A stretch of 64,000 nucleotides of DNA. Source: Nevskiaceae bacterium (GTDB taxonomy: Bacteria > Pseudomonadota > Gammaproteobacteria > Steroidobacterales > Steroidobacteraceae). Below, one piece after another: positions 18,537 through 28,316 of this stretch. The notes under the pieces were generated by a model. That model did not search any database. It was not told the DNA's origin and saw only the letters and a program-made list of their open reading frames with translations. The stretch is from assembly GCA_018883185.1 (NCBI GenBank), contig VEQP01000007.1:11199-75198 (forward strand), in the 5' to 3' direction. The stretch's first letter is position 1. Each line of letters begins with the position of its first letter. The translations under genes and the position numbers were made by a program.

Positions 18537-20582
18537 ATGAGCAACAACTGGACTCTGCAGCGCGATGCCGACGGGCTTGCCTGGCTGACGCTCGATCGGC
18601 CGGGCGTCTCAGCCAATTCGCTCTCGCGGGCCGTAATGGAGGAACTCGCCGTACATCTGCAGGCCCTCCGCGCAGCGCCCCCGCGCGGACTGATCCTGCG
18701 CTCGGGCAAGCCGGGCAGTTTTGTGGCCGGTGCCGATATCAAGGAATTCACCGCGCTCACTGACTTCGACTCGGCGCGGACGCTCATCCGTGGCGGTCAA
18801 TCGGTTCTCGATGCCCTTGAGGCGCTACCCTGCCCGACAGTTGCGCTGATCGAGGGCTTTGCGCTCGGTGGCGGCCTCGAGCTCGCCCTCGCCTGTCGTT
18901 ACCGCATTGGTCTCGACGATGGGCGGCTCACGCTCGGTCTACCCGAAGTGCTGCTCGGCATCCATCCGGGCTTCGGTGGCACCGTCCGTGCGGTGCAACT
19001 CATCGGTGCTCCGGCTGCGCTCGACATGATGCTCACCGGACGCAACATTCGCGCAGCGCAGGCCTTGCGACTCGGACTCATTGATGCGCTCTGCACGGAT
19101 CGCGATCAACTCGACGGGCGAGCGCGCGAATTCATTGACCGCCAGCCACCACGACGACGCGCGTCGATGGCGCTACGGGCCCTGTCGCACGCGATGCTTC
19201 GCCCCCTCCTTCGTCGTCGCGTGCTGCGCGAGGTCGCTCGCAAGGCCCGTCGAGAGCACTATCCGGCTCCCTACGCCATCGTCGACCTGTGGAGTCGACA
19301 CGGCGGGCACGGCCACGCGGCCTACGAGGCCGAAGCCGACTCGATCGCCCGATTGTTCCTTACCGACACCTCGCGCAACCTCGTGCGCGTGTTCATGCTG
19401 CAGGACCGGTTGAAGGCGCTGGGCGACAAAGCCATGCCCGCAGCGGCGCGCGTACACGTGGTCGGCGCCGGCGTCATGGGCGCTGATATTGCCGCATGGT
19501 GTGCGTTGCGCGGCCTCGAAGTGACGCTGCAAGATCGCGATGTCGGGCTTGTCGAGGCGGCGATTCAGCGGGTTAGGCCGCTCTTCGAACGTCGACTCAA
19601 AGATACGGCGAAGCGCGAGGCGGCCATCGCCCGGCTTCGTCCCGATGCTGAAGGGCGAGGTATCGCCACTGCCGATGTGCTCATCGAGGCGATCGTCGAG
19701 AACGTTGAAGCGAAACAGGCGCTGTATCGCCAGTTGGATACGCAGTTGCGCGCCGACGCGGTGATCGCCACCAACACATCTTCCATCCAACTCGAGGCCT
19801 TGCGCGGCGCACTGCGCGATCCGCAGCGGCTGGTCGGTCTGCACTTCTTCAACCCGGTCGCGCAGATGCCGCTCGTTGAAGTTGTACACACCCGCGATAC
19901 GCCCCCAGCAACCCTCGCCCGTGCGGTGGCTTTCACGCGGCAACTCGACAAGTTGCCCCTGCCCTGTCTCAGCGCACCGGGTTTCCTCGTCAACCGCGTG
20001 CTCGCACCCTACATGCTCGAGGCCGTGCACGCCGCGAGCGAGGGCATACCGCTCGATACCATCGATCAATCGGCCGTGGACTTTGGCATGCCGGTCGGAC
20101 CGGTCGAACTGTCGGATATGGTCGGCCTCGATGTGTGTCGTAACGTCGGTGCAATCGTCGCCGGTGCTACGGGTCGCGCGCTACCGGATCTCTCACTCAT
20201 CGAAGCGCGCATCGGCGAGGGCAAACTCGGCCGCAAAAGCGGCGAAGGGTTTTACCGTTGGCAAGACGGCAAAGTGCAGCGCCCTGCGGCCGCGCTCGTC
20301 ACCCACGCAGCGACACCGCAGGCACTCGCCGACCTGCAGGATCGGTTGCTGCTGTCGATCGCCAACGAAGCTGTGGCCTGTCTGCGTGAGGGGGTGATCA
20401 GCGATGCGCAGCTCGTCGATGCCGGCATTATCTTTGGCTCAGGCTACGCCCCGTTTCGTGGCGGCCCGCTGCAGGATGCGCGCCGCCGCGGCATCACGCA
20501 GTGCGTGGCGCGACTGCAAGAACTCGCCGAGCGTTACGGGCCGCGATTCACGCCGGATGCGGGCTGGGATCTTTTGCGCTGA
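18537..20582 (+). CDS. Multifunctional enoyl-CoA hydratase / 3-hydroxyacyl-CoA dehydrogenase (FadB/FadJ-like)
   Basis: 681 aa. N-terminal crotonase fold (FVAGADIKEF, GGGLELALAC). Central NAD Rossmann motif (VHVVGAGVMGADIA). HFFNP block. Confidence 0.85.
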   Translation: MSNNWTLQRDADGLAWLTLDRPGVSANSLSRAVMEELAVHLQALRAAPPRGLILRSGKPGSFVAGADIKEFTALTDFDSARTLIRGGQSVLDALEALPCPTVALIEGFALGGGLELALACRYRIGLDDGRLTLGLPEVLLGIHPGFGGTVRAVQLIGAPAALDMMLTGRNIRAAQALRLGLIDALCTDRDQLDGRAREFIDRQPPRRRASMALRALSHAMLRPLLRRRVLREVARKARREHYPAPYAIVDLWSRHGGHGHAAYEAEADSIARLFLTDTSRNLVRVFMLQDRLKALGDKAMPAAARVHVVGAGVMGADIAAWCALRGLEVTLQDRDVGLVEAAIQRVRPLFERRLKDTAKREAAIARLRPDAEGRGIATADVLIEAIVENVEAKQALYRQLDTQLRADAVIATNTSSIQLEALRGALRDPQRLVGLHFFNPVAQMPLVEVVHTRDTPPATLARAVAFTRQLDKLPLPCLSAPGFLVNRVLAPYMLEAVHAASEGIPLDTIDQSAVDFGMPVGPVELSDMVGLDVCRNVGAIVAGATGRALPDLSLIEARIGEGKLGRKSGEGFYRWQDGKVQRPAAALVTHAATPQALADLQDRLLLSIANEAVACLREGVISDAQLVDAGIIFGSGYAPFRGGPLQDARRRGITQCVARLQELAERYGPRFTPDAGWDLLR

Positions 20583-21544
20583 GCCGACTCGAGACTGCCG
20601 AGGCGCCACAACAAGCGCTCGAGCACCAAGGGCTTATTGATCGGTGTATCAGCCCACTGGCGGGCTTCGCGGGCCTCATCGAGAGCCTCAAACCAGGCGC
20701 GAGGCGCGATACCCGCCTTGCCACTCGCCCACTCGCGCAAGCGGGAGAGTAGCCAAGCTTCGATGCAGGCCAGTCGCTCGGCATAGGCTTCCTTCCCCCA
20801 GAGTTCCGCCGTCTCCACCGGATCGAGTCCGCCGCGCGCGGCCGCCTCCAGCGCCCGGTGCGTTTCGTGGCGCAGCGCCTCGAGCGTACCGCCTTGCGCA
20901 CCGAGGGCCAAAAGCGGCTCATCGCCCAGCACTTCGAGCACGGCATTCCAGTCGGTATTGCCGCCAGACTGCGTGCGCAGCCACGCCACCAGCGCCGAGC
21001 GCGTCGGTCGCGGCGCCACGAGCCGCATGCACCGACTCTGTACCGTCGCGGGTAAGCGTGAGGGCTCGCCGGTAACAAGCAACAGCAGCGAGCCGCGAGT
21101 CGGCTCTTCCAACGTCTTCAGGAGTGCGTTGGCGGCAGCTCGGTTGAGTTTGTCGGCGGGCGTGATGATCACCACCTTGCGCCCACCCGCGTGGCTGGTC
21201 AGCGCGAGCTGCGTCGTTAGTTCCCGCACCTGATCGATGCGAATTTCTTTGGACTCCTCGATCGGCCGAAGACAGAGCAGATCGGGTTGTTCGCCACTGA
21301 CCACACGTCGACAGGCGAGGCACTCCCCGCAGGGTCGCGGCGATGTCGAACTGCTGCAGTAAAGTCGTGCGGCCAGCCAACGGGCGAGCCAATCTCCGCC
21401 CCGTCCTGGGCTCACTTGTATGAGCACCGCATGGGCGAGTCGATCTCGCACGATCGAATCCTCCAGCGCCGATTGCAGCGCCGTGAGCCAGGGCAGCGAG
21501 GCGGTCAACGGCAGATCGGCAATGGCTCGTGACGGATCACTCAT
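20534..21544 (-). CDS. holB: DNA polymerase III delta-prime subunit
   Basis: 336 aa. LAHAVLIQVSPGRGG pseudo-P-loop, CGEC.AC zinc-module-like block, and conserved position after tmk (ATGA overlap). Confidence 0.75.
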   Translation of the reverse strand: MSDPSRAIADLPLTASLPWLTALQSALEDSIVRDRLAHAVLIQVSPGRGGDWLARWLAARLYCSSSTSPRPCGECLACRRVVSGEQPDLLCLRPIEESKEIRIDQVRELTTQLALTSHAGGRKVVIITPADKLNRAAANALLKTLEEPTRGSLLLLVTGEPSRLPATVQSRCMRLVAPRPTRSALVAWLRTQSGGNTDWNAVLEVLGDEPLLALGAQGGTLEALRHETHRALEAAARGGLDPVETAELWGKEAYAERLACIEAWLLSRLREWASGKAGIAPRAWFEALDEAREARQWADTPINKPLVLERLLWRLGSLESAQRKRSQPASGVNRGP

Positions 21545-22182
21545 ACGCGCTGCTCGAGAAGGCGTGACAGGGCTGCCAGCGCTTGCGCTTGCACGAGCTG
21601 CATCGGTTGCAGCGCATCAATGCACTGACAACGCGCTGCGGATTCCGCGATGTGCAGATAGCGCTCGCGAACACGACTGAAGAACGCCACGGTCTCACTC
21701 TCGAATCGATCCGTCTGATCGCCGCGATCGACCCGCCGCCGCGCGGCACGACGCAGGCCCTCCTCGACCGGCAGATCGAGCAGCAGAGTCAAATCTGGCT
21801 CTAGCCCCGCGTGTACGGTTTGCGCCAGTTGCTCGATGAAATCGGTGCTCACGCCGCGTCCGCCACCTTGGTAGGCCCGAGTGGCATCGGTGAACCGGTC
21901 ACAGATGACCCAAGTCCCACGCTCAAGCGCGGGACGAACGAGATTATCGAGATGCACGGCTCGCGCGGCGAACATGATCAGCGTTTCAGCTTCGGGGGAT
22001 ACGCGCTCCTCGCCACGCGTCAACACGAGATCTCGCAGGCGCTCCGCCAGCGGCGTACCGCCGGGTTCCCGCGTCAGCGCGACGGTCAAACCCCTCGCCT
22101 GCAAGGCATCGCGCAGCGCCGATGCCAGCGTCGACTTGCCTGCGCCCTCAATCCCCTCGAGCGTGATGAACCGACCCCTCAC
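21541..22182 (-). CDS. tmk: Thymidylate kinase
   Basis: 213 aa. RGRFITLEGIEGAGKST P-loop start. Confidence 0.9.
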   Translation of the reverse strand: MRGRFITLEGIEGAGKSTLASALRDALQARGLTVALTREPGGTPLAERLRDLVLTRGEERVSPEAETLIMFAARAVHLDNLVRPALERGTWVICDRFTDATRAYQGGGRGVSTDFIEQLAQTVHAGLEPDLTLLLDLPVEEGLRRAARRRVDRGDQTDRFESETVAFFSRVRERYLHIAESAARCQCIDALQPMQLVQAQALAALSRLLEQRV

Positions 22183-23207
22183 GACCCCCCCTCCCGTGCG
22201 GCCGCTCGCTGCCGCGCGAGCATCGCCTGCACCGCCTTGCGATGCTCGGAGTAGGTTTTGGAGAAAACATGCGACCCGTCCGGTAGGCCGGTCGCCACGA
22301 AGAACAACTCGCCCGTGATCTCGGGGCGACTACTCGCGCGCAAGGCTTCGCGGCCGGGCAACGCGATGGGCGTCGGCGGCAAGCCTTTTCGCGTGTAACT
22401 GTTGTACGGCGTGTCGGTGCGCAGATCCTTGCTGCGGATGTTGCCGTCCCAGTCATCACCGAGGCCATAGATCACGGTCGGATCGGACTGCAAACGCATG
22501 CCCTCGCGCAGTCGTTGCACATAAACCCCGGCGACGCGAGGGCGCTCGCTGGCCAGCGCCGACTCGCGCTCGACGATGGAGGCCAGGGTCAACAATTCAC
22601 CCGGATCGGCCAGCGGCAAATTCTCAGCCCGATCGCGCCACGCGGCGTCGAGTTCACTCTGCATGCGCCGCTCGGCCAGTCGCAGTAGCTCGAGGTCGGT
22701 CGTGCCGTAGGCAAATCGATAAGTGTCAGGAAAGAAACGCCCCTCCGGATGCAGCCCCGCGCGACCTAGGCGGGTCATGACTTCGGCATCGCTGACACCC
22801 CGCAAGGTGACTTCGACACCCGGGTGAGCCTCCAGCGCCCTGCGGAAATCGCGAAAACGACTGCCTTCGATGATCGTCAGCGACTCGAGCAACACGCGGC
22901 CCTCGGCCAGCTGTTGCAGAATCTGCTGAGCCGAAGCACCCGGCGGTATCGCGTACCGCCCGATCTGCACCCGTGGGCGAACGACCTGCCGGACCCACAG
23001 ATCGACGAGCCCGGGATGACGAAATCCACCCTGTGCAGCGATATCGTTGAAGACGCTGCGCACGCTTTCTCCGGGCGTCACGATCAAACGGATTTCTTCG
23101 GCATGCGGACCGGGCGCTTGCAACGCCTGCTGCCACCACAGCACGCCGCCCCCGACAAGCGTCAGGGCACCGAGCAGCAGGAAAAGGAAGAGGCGTATCG
23201 CGCGCAC
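22179..23207 (-). CDS. mltG: Endolytic murein transglycosylase MltG (YceG family)
   Basis: ORF 22179-23450 overlaps fabF. GTG 23207 is preferred (VRAIRLFLFLLLGALTLVGGG TM anchor). YceG blocks ASIVERE and PPTPI are present. Confidence 0.75.
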   Translation of the reverse strand: MRAIRLFLFLLLGALTLVGGGVLWWQQALQAPGPHAEEIRLIVTPGESVRSVFNDIAAQGGFRHPGLVDLWVRQVVRPRVQIGRYAIPPGASAQQILQQLAEGRVLLESLTIIEGSRFRDFRRALEAHPGVEVTLRGVSDAEVMTRLGRAGLHPEGRFFPDTYRFAYGTTDLELLRLAERRMQSELDAAWRDRAENLPLADPGELLTLASIVERESALASERPRVAGVYVQRLREGMRLQSDPTVIYGLGDDWDGNIRSKDLRTDTPYNSYTRKGLPPTPIALPGREALRASSRPEITGELFFVATGLPDGSHVFSKTYSEHRKAVQAMLARQRAAAREGGS

Positions 23208-23244
23208 TCGTACAGTGTAATCGGCCGCCCAGCGACCGTGCGAC

Positions 23245-24492
23245 TCAAGCCTGGAACTTGCGGAACACCAGCGTGCCGTTCGTACCGCCGAAGCCGAAGG
23301 AGTTGGACACCGCCACGTCGATAGCCATCTGGCGCGCGGTGTTCGGCACGTAATCGAGGTCGCACTCGGGGTCAGGGTTGTGCAGATTGATCGTGGGCGG
23401 TGCGACCTGGTCACGGATCGCGAGGATCGTGAGAATGGCCTCGACGACACCGGCTGCGCCGAGCAAGTGCCCGGTCATGGACTTGGTCGAACTGACGGCA
23501 AGCGATCGGGCGTGCTCCCCGAACGCGCTCTTGATCGCCACGGTCTCGGCGCGATCACCGAGGTTCGTCGAGGTCGCATGCGCATTGAGGTACTGAACCG
23601 CAGTCGGATCGAGTGCCGCATCACGCAAGGCGTTACGCATGGCGAGCTGCGCACCCGCTCCGTCTTCCGGTGGCGCGGTGATGTGGTAGGCATCGCCGCT
23701 CATGCCGAAACCTACGAGCTCAGCGTAAATCCGCGCACCGCGACGCCGCGCATGCTCGAGTTCCTCGAGCATGATCGCCCCACCGCCGTCGGCGGCGACG
23801 AAACCATCCCGATCGCGATCCCAAGGCCTGGAGGCCTCGGTGGGCGAGTCGTTGCGTGTCGAGAGTGCCTTTGCCTGGGAGAAGCCACTGATGCCAAGCC
23901 GCGTGGTCGACATCTCGCCGCCGCCCGCGAGCATGACGTCCGCATCCCCGTACTGGATAGTGCGATAGCCAAGACCGATCGCATGGGTCGAAGTGGTGCA
24001 GGCCGTGACGACGCCAAGGTTGGGACCGCGCAGGCCATAGCGGATCGACAGATGCCCGGCGATCATGTTGATGATCGAGGCCGGAATGAAAAACGGCGAA
24101 ATCTTCCGCGGGCTCTGCGTGGTTTGAAACGCCTCGAACTCAGATTCGATGGTTTGAAGCCCACCGATGCCCGCACCCGAGATAACACCGCAACGGCTGG
24201 TGTCTTCAGCGGCGAAATCGAGCCCCGAGTCCTGCACCGCCTGCACGCCGGCCGCCACCCCATAATGGATGAACTCGTCCATGCGCCGCGCTTCCTTGGG
24301 GCTCATGTAGGTGGCGATATCAAAGCCACGTACGGCGCCGCCGATGCGAGTCGCGAACTGGGTGGTGTCGAAACGCGTGATGAGTCCGATGCCGCTCTCG
24401 CCGCGAAGCACACACTCCCAGGCGGACGTGACGGTGCTGCCCACCGGCGAAACGATGCCAAGACCAGTGACCACCACGCGACGCTTGCTCAC
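23245..24492 (-). CDS. fabF: 3-oxoacyl-ACP synthase II
   Basis: 415 aa. [11 protein letters not shown] start, active-site [15 protein letters not shown] and GFGGTN blocks. GTG start. Confidence 0.92.
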   Translation of the reverse strand: MSKRRVVVTGLGIVSPVGSTVTSAWECVLRGESGIGLITRFDTTQFATRIGGAVRGFDIATYMSPKEARRMDEFIHYGVAAGVQAVQDSGLDFAAEDTSRCGVISGAGIGGLQTIESEFEAFQTTQSPRKISPFFIPASIINMIAGHLSIRYGLRGPNLGVVTACTTSTHAIGLGYRTIQYGDADVMLAGGGEMSTTRLGISGFSQAKALSTRNDSPTEASRPWDRDRDGFVAADGGGAIMLEELEHARRRGARIYAELVGFGMSGDAYHITAPPEDGAGAQLAMRNALRDAALDPTAVQYLNAHATSTNLGDRAETVAIKSAFGEHARSLAVSSTKSMTGHLLGAAGVVEAILTILAIRDQVAPPTINLHNPDPECDLDYVPNTARQMAIDVAVSNSFGFGGTNGTLVFRKFQA

Positions 24493-24546
24493 GGACGCTT
24501 CACCTCTAGGGATACATCGGACTGGGGATGCATCAGACAGGAATTC

Positions 24547-24584
24547 AATAAAACGCCGGGGCCAGCACTCGGCCGACCCCGGCG
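24547..24584 (-). terminator. Rho-independent terminator/attenuator after acpP
   Basis: On the minus strand, an 8-bp stem CGCCGGGG/CCCCGGCG (24554-24561 / 24577-24584) is followed by TTTTATT. Confidence 0.6.
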
Positions 24585-24600
24585 TTGGAGTCGAACGGCT

Positions 24601-24840
24601 TCAGGCCTTGCGGCGCGCCGTGACGTAGTCGATCGCTTGTTGGACCGTCGTGATCTTCTCGGCATCCTCGTCCGGGATCTCGGTCTCGAACTCCTCTTCA
24701 AGAGCCATCACGAGTTCCACGGTGTCGAGCGAATCGGCACCGAGGTCGTCGACGAACGATGCAGTGTTGGTGACTTGCTCGAGTTTCACACCCAACTGTT
24801 CGGCGACAATGGCTTTGACTTGTTGTTCGACAGTGCTCAT
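24601..24840 (-). CDS. acpP: Acyl carrier protein
   Basis: ORF 24601-24879. ATG 24840 gives [18 protein letters not shown]... with the phosphopantetheine site [12 protein letters not shown]. Confidence 0.95.
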   Translation of the reverse strand: MSTVEQQVKAIVAEQLGVKLEQVTNTASFVDDLGADSLDTVELVMALEEEFETEIPDEDAEKITTVQQAIDYVTARRKA

Positions 24841-24992
24841 CTGATAAATGTCCTCTTGACGACCTGTGTGGCCCGGCACGCCGTTGGCGCAGCCGGACGC
24901 GCATTGTAGGCGGGATCAACCCCTGATGCCATCGGTCGATGGCTAAGAGTTTGTTTTGTCTATAAAAAACAACGCTGTTGCAGAAAAGCACC

Positions 24993-25751
24993 TCAAGACA
25001 GGTACAGCCCGCCGTTTACGTGCAGGGTTTGTCCCGTGATGTAGCCGCCGGCGACGGAGGCCAGAAAGACCGTGGCCGCCGCGATATCCTCACTTTCGCC
25101 GAGCCGCGCAAGCGGAATGCCCGCCGCCAGCGCCTCGCGCTGCGCAGGCTCCAAGGCGCGGGTCATGTCGGTATCGATGAACCCGGGGGCGATTGCATTC
25201 ACCGTGATCTGCCGACTGCCGACCTCCTTCGCCAACGACTTCGTAAAGCCGATGACCCCCGCCTTGGCGGCGGCGTAGTTGGTCTGGCCCGCATTTCCCA
25301 TGGCCCCGACCACTGATGTGATGCTGATGATGCGGCCGAAACGCTGTTTCATCATGTGCCGCAGGCAGCCGCGGCTGAGCCGAAACACCGAGGTCAAATC
25401 CGTAGCGATCACGGCATCCCATTCCTCCGGTTTCATGCGCACGAGCAAATTGTCGCGGGTGATGCCGGCGTTGTTGACGAGGATGCCAGGCATTTCCCCG
25501 GCGGCATCGAGTTGTGCCAGCAGCGCTTCAACCGAGGCGGCGTCGGACACGTCGAGTACAGCACCGCGACCTCCCACTGAGGCCAGCGACGCGCTGATCG
25601 CTTCCGCACCCGAAGCCTGAGTGGCCGTGCCGATCACGCGTGCTCCCGCCGCCGCGAGAGCCGCTGCAATCGCGCGCCCGATGCCGCGCGACGCTCCGGT
25701 GACCAGAGCGGTCTGCCCGGCCAATGCATTCGCTGCAAAAATGGGGGTCAT
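24993..25751 (-). CDS. fabG: 3-oxoacyl-ACP reductase
   Basis: 252 aa. TGASRGIGRAIA, NNAG and YAAAKAG SDR motifs. Located between fabD and acpP. Confidence 0.9.
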   Translation of the reverse strand: MTPIFAANALAGQTALVTGASRGIGRAIAAALAAAGARVIGTATQASGAEAISASLASVGGRGAVLDVSDAASVEALLAQLDAAGEMPGILVNNAGITRDNLLVRMKPEEWDAVIATDLTSVFRLSRGCLRHMMKQRFGRIISITSVVGAMGNAGQTNYAAAKAGVIGFTKSLAKEVGSRQITVNAIAPGFIDTDMTRALEPAQREALAAGIPLARLGESEDIAAATVFLASVAGGYITGQTLHVNGGLYLS

Positions 25752-26731
25752 GGCTTACTCCCTGATGGCTCGCTCCCTGATGCGTCTGCGCCACCCTGCA
25801 GCGTTGTGCGAGCTGACTCAATCGACTGTTGATCCTCAAGGGCATAACAACTGATCTCGCCCGACCGATCAATGCGTTTGACGAGCCCCGCCAAAACCTT
25901 GCCCGGTCCGCATTCGACGAATTGCCGAACGCCGCGCTCGCGCAAGGCCTCAACGGTCCTCACCCAGCGCACTGGACTCGCGAGTTGTCGGTAGAGCAAA
26001 TCGGCGATCGACGCCGGCTCGCGATACTCCTCTGCATCCACCGAGCTCATGAAACGCAGCGTTGGCGCCGACAGCGTGACCGCTTGCAAGCGGTCACGAA
26101 GTTGCCGTGCCGCGCCCTGCATCAGACTGCTGTGGCAAGGCACGCTGATCGGCAGCGGCAACGCGCGCTTGGCACCGCGCGCCTTAGCCGCCTCGATGGC
26201 GCGTTTGAGCGCGGCCGCATGTCCGGCGATGACGACCTGTTGAGGGGCGTTGAAATTGACCGCTTCGACCACCTCGCCCGCCGCCGCCTCGGCGCAGGCG
26301 GCTTCAACGTCAGCATCGCTCAAGCCCAATACGGCCGCCATTCCCCCCTGCCCATCGGGTACCGCATCGCGCATGACTTCGCCGCGAAATCGCACCAGGC
26401 GCACGGCGTCTTCGAAACTCAGCACTCCGGCCGCGACCAGCGCGGTGAACTCACCCAGGCTGTGACCCGCAACCCATTCGGGTCGAGGGCCCTCGGCCAG
26501 GCACCATACTCGCCAGGTCGCCACGCCCGCGACCAGCATCACCGGTTGGGTATTCTCGGTCAGGGCTAAAGCTTCTGCCGGACCGTTTTGCACCAGCGCC
26601 CAAAGGTCAAAACCCAACGCGCCGGAGGCCGCCTCGAAGGTCTCGCGCACCACGGGGTGCAGTTCCGCGAGCGCGGCCAACATTCCGACCGACTGGGAAC
26701 CTTGTCCCGGAAAAACGAAGGCAACCGACAT
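25748..26731 (-). CDS. fabD: Malonyl-CoA:ACP transacylase
   Basis: ORF 25748-26815. ATG 26731 gives MSVAFVFPGQGSQSVGM. Active site is GHSLGEF. ATGA overlap with fabG. It has a short acidic/Ser-rich C-terminal extension. Confidence 0.9.
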   Translation of the reverse strand: MSVAFVFPGQGSQSVGMLAALAELHPVVRETFEAASGALGFDLWALVQNGPAEALALTENTQPVMLVAGVATWRVWCLAEGPRPEWVAGHSLGEFTALVAAGVLSFEDAVRLVRFRGEVMRDAVPDGQGGMAAVLGLSDADVEAACAEAAAGEVVEAVNFNAPQQVVIAGHAAALKRAIEAAKARGAKRALPLPISVPCHSSLMQGAARQLRDRLQAVTLSAPTLRFMSSVDAEEYREPASIADLLYRQLASPVRWVRTVEALRERGVRQFVECGPGKVLAGLVKRIDRSGEISCYALEDQQSIESARTTLQGGADASGSEPSGSKP

Positions 26732-26872
26732 CCGTGCTCTCCCCTCGTAATGTGCCATAGCACCTAAATGAAGGGCGGGATTATACGGACGCGGGCGTCG
26801 CAGTGCCGTAATCACGCTTTGCTATGATCTGGCTTGGGATTGTTACGCCCATCGTCCGCAGAGGAGCAGCAC

Positions 26873-27310
26873 GTGCATCGAGTATCGAGATCCCGCGCCC
26901 GAACACGAGGTTTCACGCTGATCGAGATCATGGTCGTCGTGGTGATCATCGGCTTGCTCGCGGCTTTCATCGTGCCACGGGTGATGGGGCGCGTGGACGA
27001 TGCCCGCCTGACCAAGGCGCGGGGCGACCTGCAAACCATAGAGACCGCGCTCGCGATGTACCGACTCGACACCGCTCGTTACCCGAGCACCGCGCAGGGA
27101 CTCACGGCACTCGTCACCAAACCCGACGATGCAACGGCGCGCAATTGGAAGGATGGCGGATACATCGCTCGCGTCTCCGCTGATCCTTGGGGCAACCCTT
27201 ACCAATACCGCTACCCAGGTACCCGTGGGCGCGAGTATGACCTGTACTCCTTTGGCCCGGATGGCGTCGAGGGCGGTGACGATATCGGCAACTGGGACGC
27301 GGTCGACTGA
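26873..27310 (+). CDS. gspG: Type II secretion major pseudopilin GspG
   Basis: ORF from TTG 26834. GTG 26873 is preferred (GAGGAG SD). It has the prepilin motif RGFTLIEIMVVVVIIGLLAA and conserved DPWGNPY. Confidence 0.9.
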   Translation: MHRVSRSRARTRGFTLIEIMVVVVIIGLLAAFIVPRVMGRVDDARLTKARGDLQTIETALAMYRLDTARYPSTAQGLTALVTKPDDATARNWKDGGYIARVSADPWGNPYQYRYPGTRGREYDLYSFGPDGVEGGDDIGNWDAVD

Positions 27311-27324
27311 TCGCCTCATCAACG

Positions 27325-27855
27325 CTGCAACCCCGGGCGCACCTCCGCGCAGCGGCAGGATTCACGCTCGTCGAGATGTTGGTGGTGATCACCATCATCG
27401 GACTGATGATCGGTGGCGCGGTATTGGCCCTGGGCGTTGTGGGGCGCGATCGCTCGCTCGAAGAAGCAGCCAACCGACTGCGCGCCACCCTCGACTACGC
27501 GCGTGACCGTGCGGAACTCGAGACCCGCCACTATGGCCTGCGGGTGACTCGAGAGGGCTACGCCTTCGCCTGGTTTGATCCACGCGCCGGTGTGTGGCAG
27601 CCGGCGCTCGATGATGCCTTGCGTCCACGCCAACTCCCTGAGGGGCTATCTCTGGAGGCTTGGATCGAGGGTCGGCGAATCGTGCTGGATGCGGATGCGG
27701 ATGAGGAAGCCGCGCCGCAACTCGGTATCGACTCGAACGGCGAGTTCACGCCGTTTGAACTGCTGCTACGACGCGACGCCGAGACCTACGTACAGCGTAT
27801 CCGACCGGATGAAAACGGCGAGCTCGAGCTGCTTACCGAAGGCACGGCACCGTGA
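27325..27855 (+). CDS. gspH: Type II secretion minor pseudopilin GspH (start codon uncertain, non-canonical)
   Basis: The prepilin motif GFTLVEMLVVITIIGL begins at 27358, upstream of the only ATG (27376). The frame is open from 27280 and contains no ATG/GTG/TTG before the motif. CTG 27325 (or 27307/27292) is the best candidate. Confidence 0.75.
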   Translation: MQPRAHLRAAAGFTLVEMLVVITIIGLMIGGAVLALGVVGRDRSLEEAANRLRATLDYARDRAELETRHYGLRVTREGYAFAWFDPRAGVWQPALDDALRPRQLPEGLSLEAWIEGRRIVLDADADEEAAPQLGIDSNGEFTPFELLLRRDAETYVQRIRPDENGELELLTEGTAP

Positions 27856-28316
27856 GGGTCGGTGGGCAATGCTCGTTCGATGCGCGCCAGCGCACGCGGG
27901 GCTTCACGCTCGTTGAAGTGCTGGTGGCACTCGTCATCGTCGCCTTGGGATCGGCAGCGGTGCTGTCTGCACTAACCACCGGGGCAGGCAGCACGGCGCG
28001 GCTGCGTGAGCGCAGTTTCGCAGAATGGGTAGCCAGCAATCGACTGGTCGAGGCTCGCGTCGGGCGCGAGGCGCCTAAGCCCGGCACCCGGGAAGGCGAG
28101 GTGGAGTTTGCAGGTTCGATGTGGCAATGGCGCGAGGAGATCGGGCGCACGCCGATCAAAGGAATGCTGCAGATCAAAGTTTCCGCGCGCCCCAAAGCCG
28201 GCGGCGAAAAAAGCGAGGCTTGGCTCGTGACCTTGGTCGGCTTTCATGGTGCCAGCATCGCCACCGCGCCCGGCGCCGATGCCGCGTGGGACATGGCACG
28301 AAGGAATCCGCCATGA
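27852..28316 (+). CDS. gspI: Type II secretion minor pseudopilin GspI
   Basis: 154 aa. RGFTLVEVLVALVIVALG prepilin motif. GTGA overlap with gspH. Confidence 0.8.
   Translation: MRVGGQCSFDARQRTRGFTLVEVLVALVIVALGSAAVLSALTTGAGSTARLRERSFAEWVASNRLVEARVGREAPKPGTREGEVEFAGSMWQWREEIGRTPIKGMLQIKVSARPKAGGEKSEAWLVTLVGFHGASIATAPGADAAWDMARRNPP

Noticed and set aside
23380-24909. 509-aa ORF on the plus strand, antisense to fabF and acpP.
   Set aside because: Same reasoning. It overlaps two highly conserved genes and has an Arg-rich, motif-free sequence.
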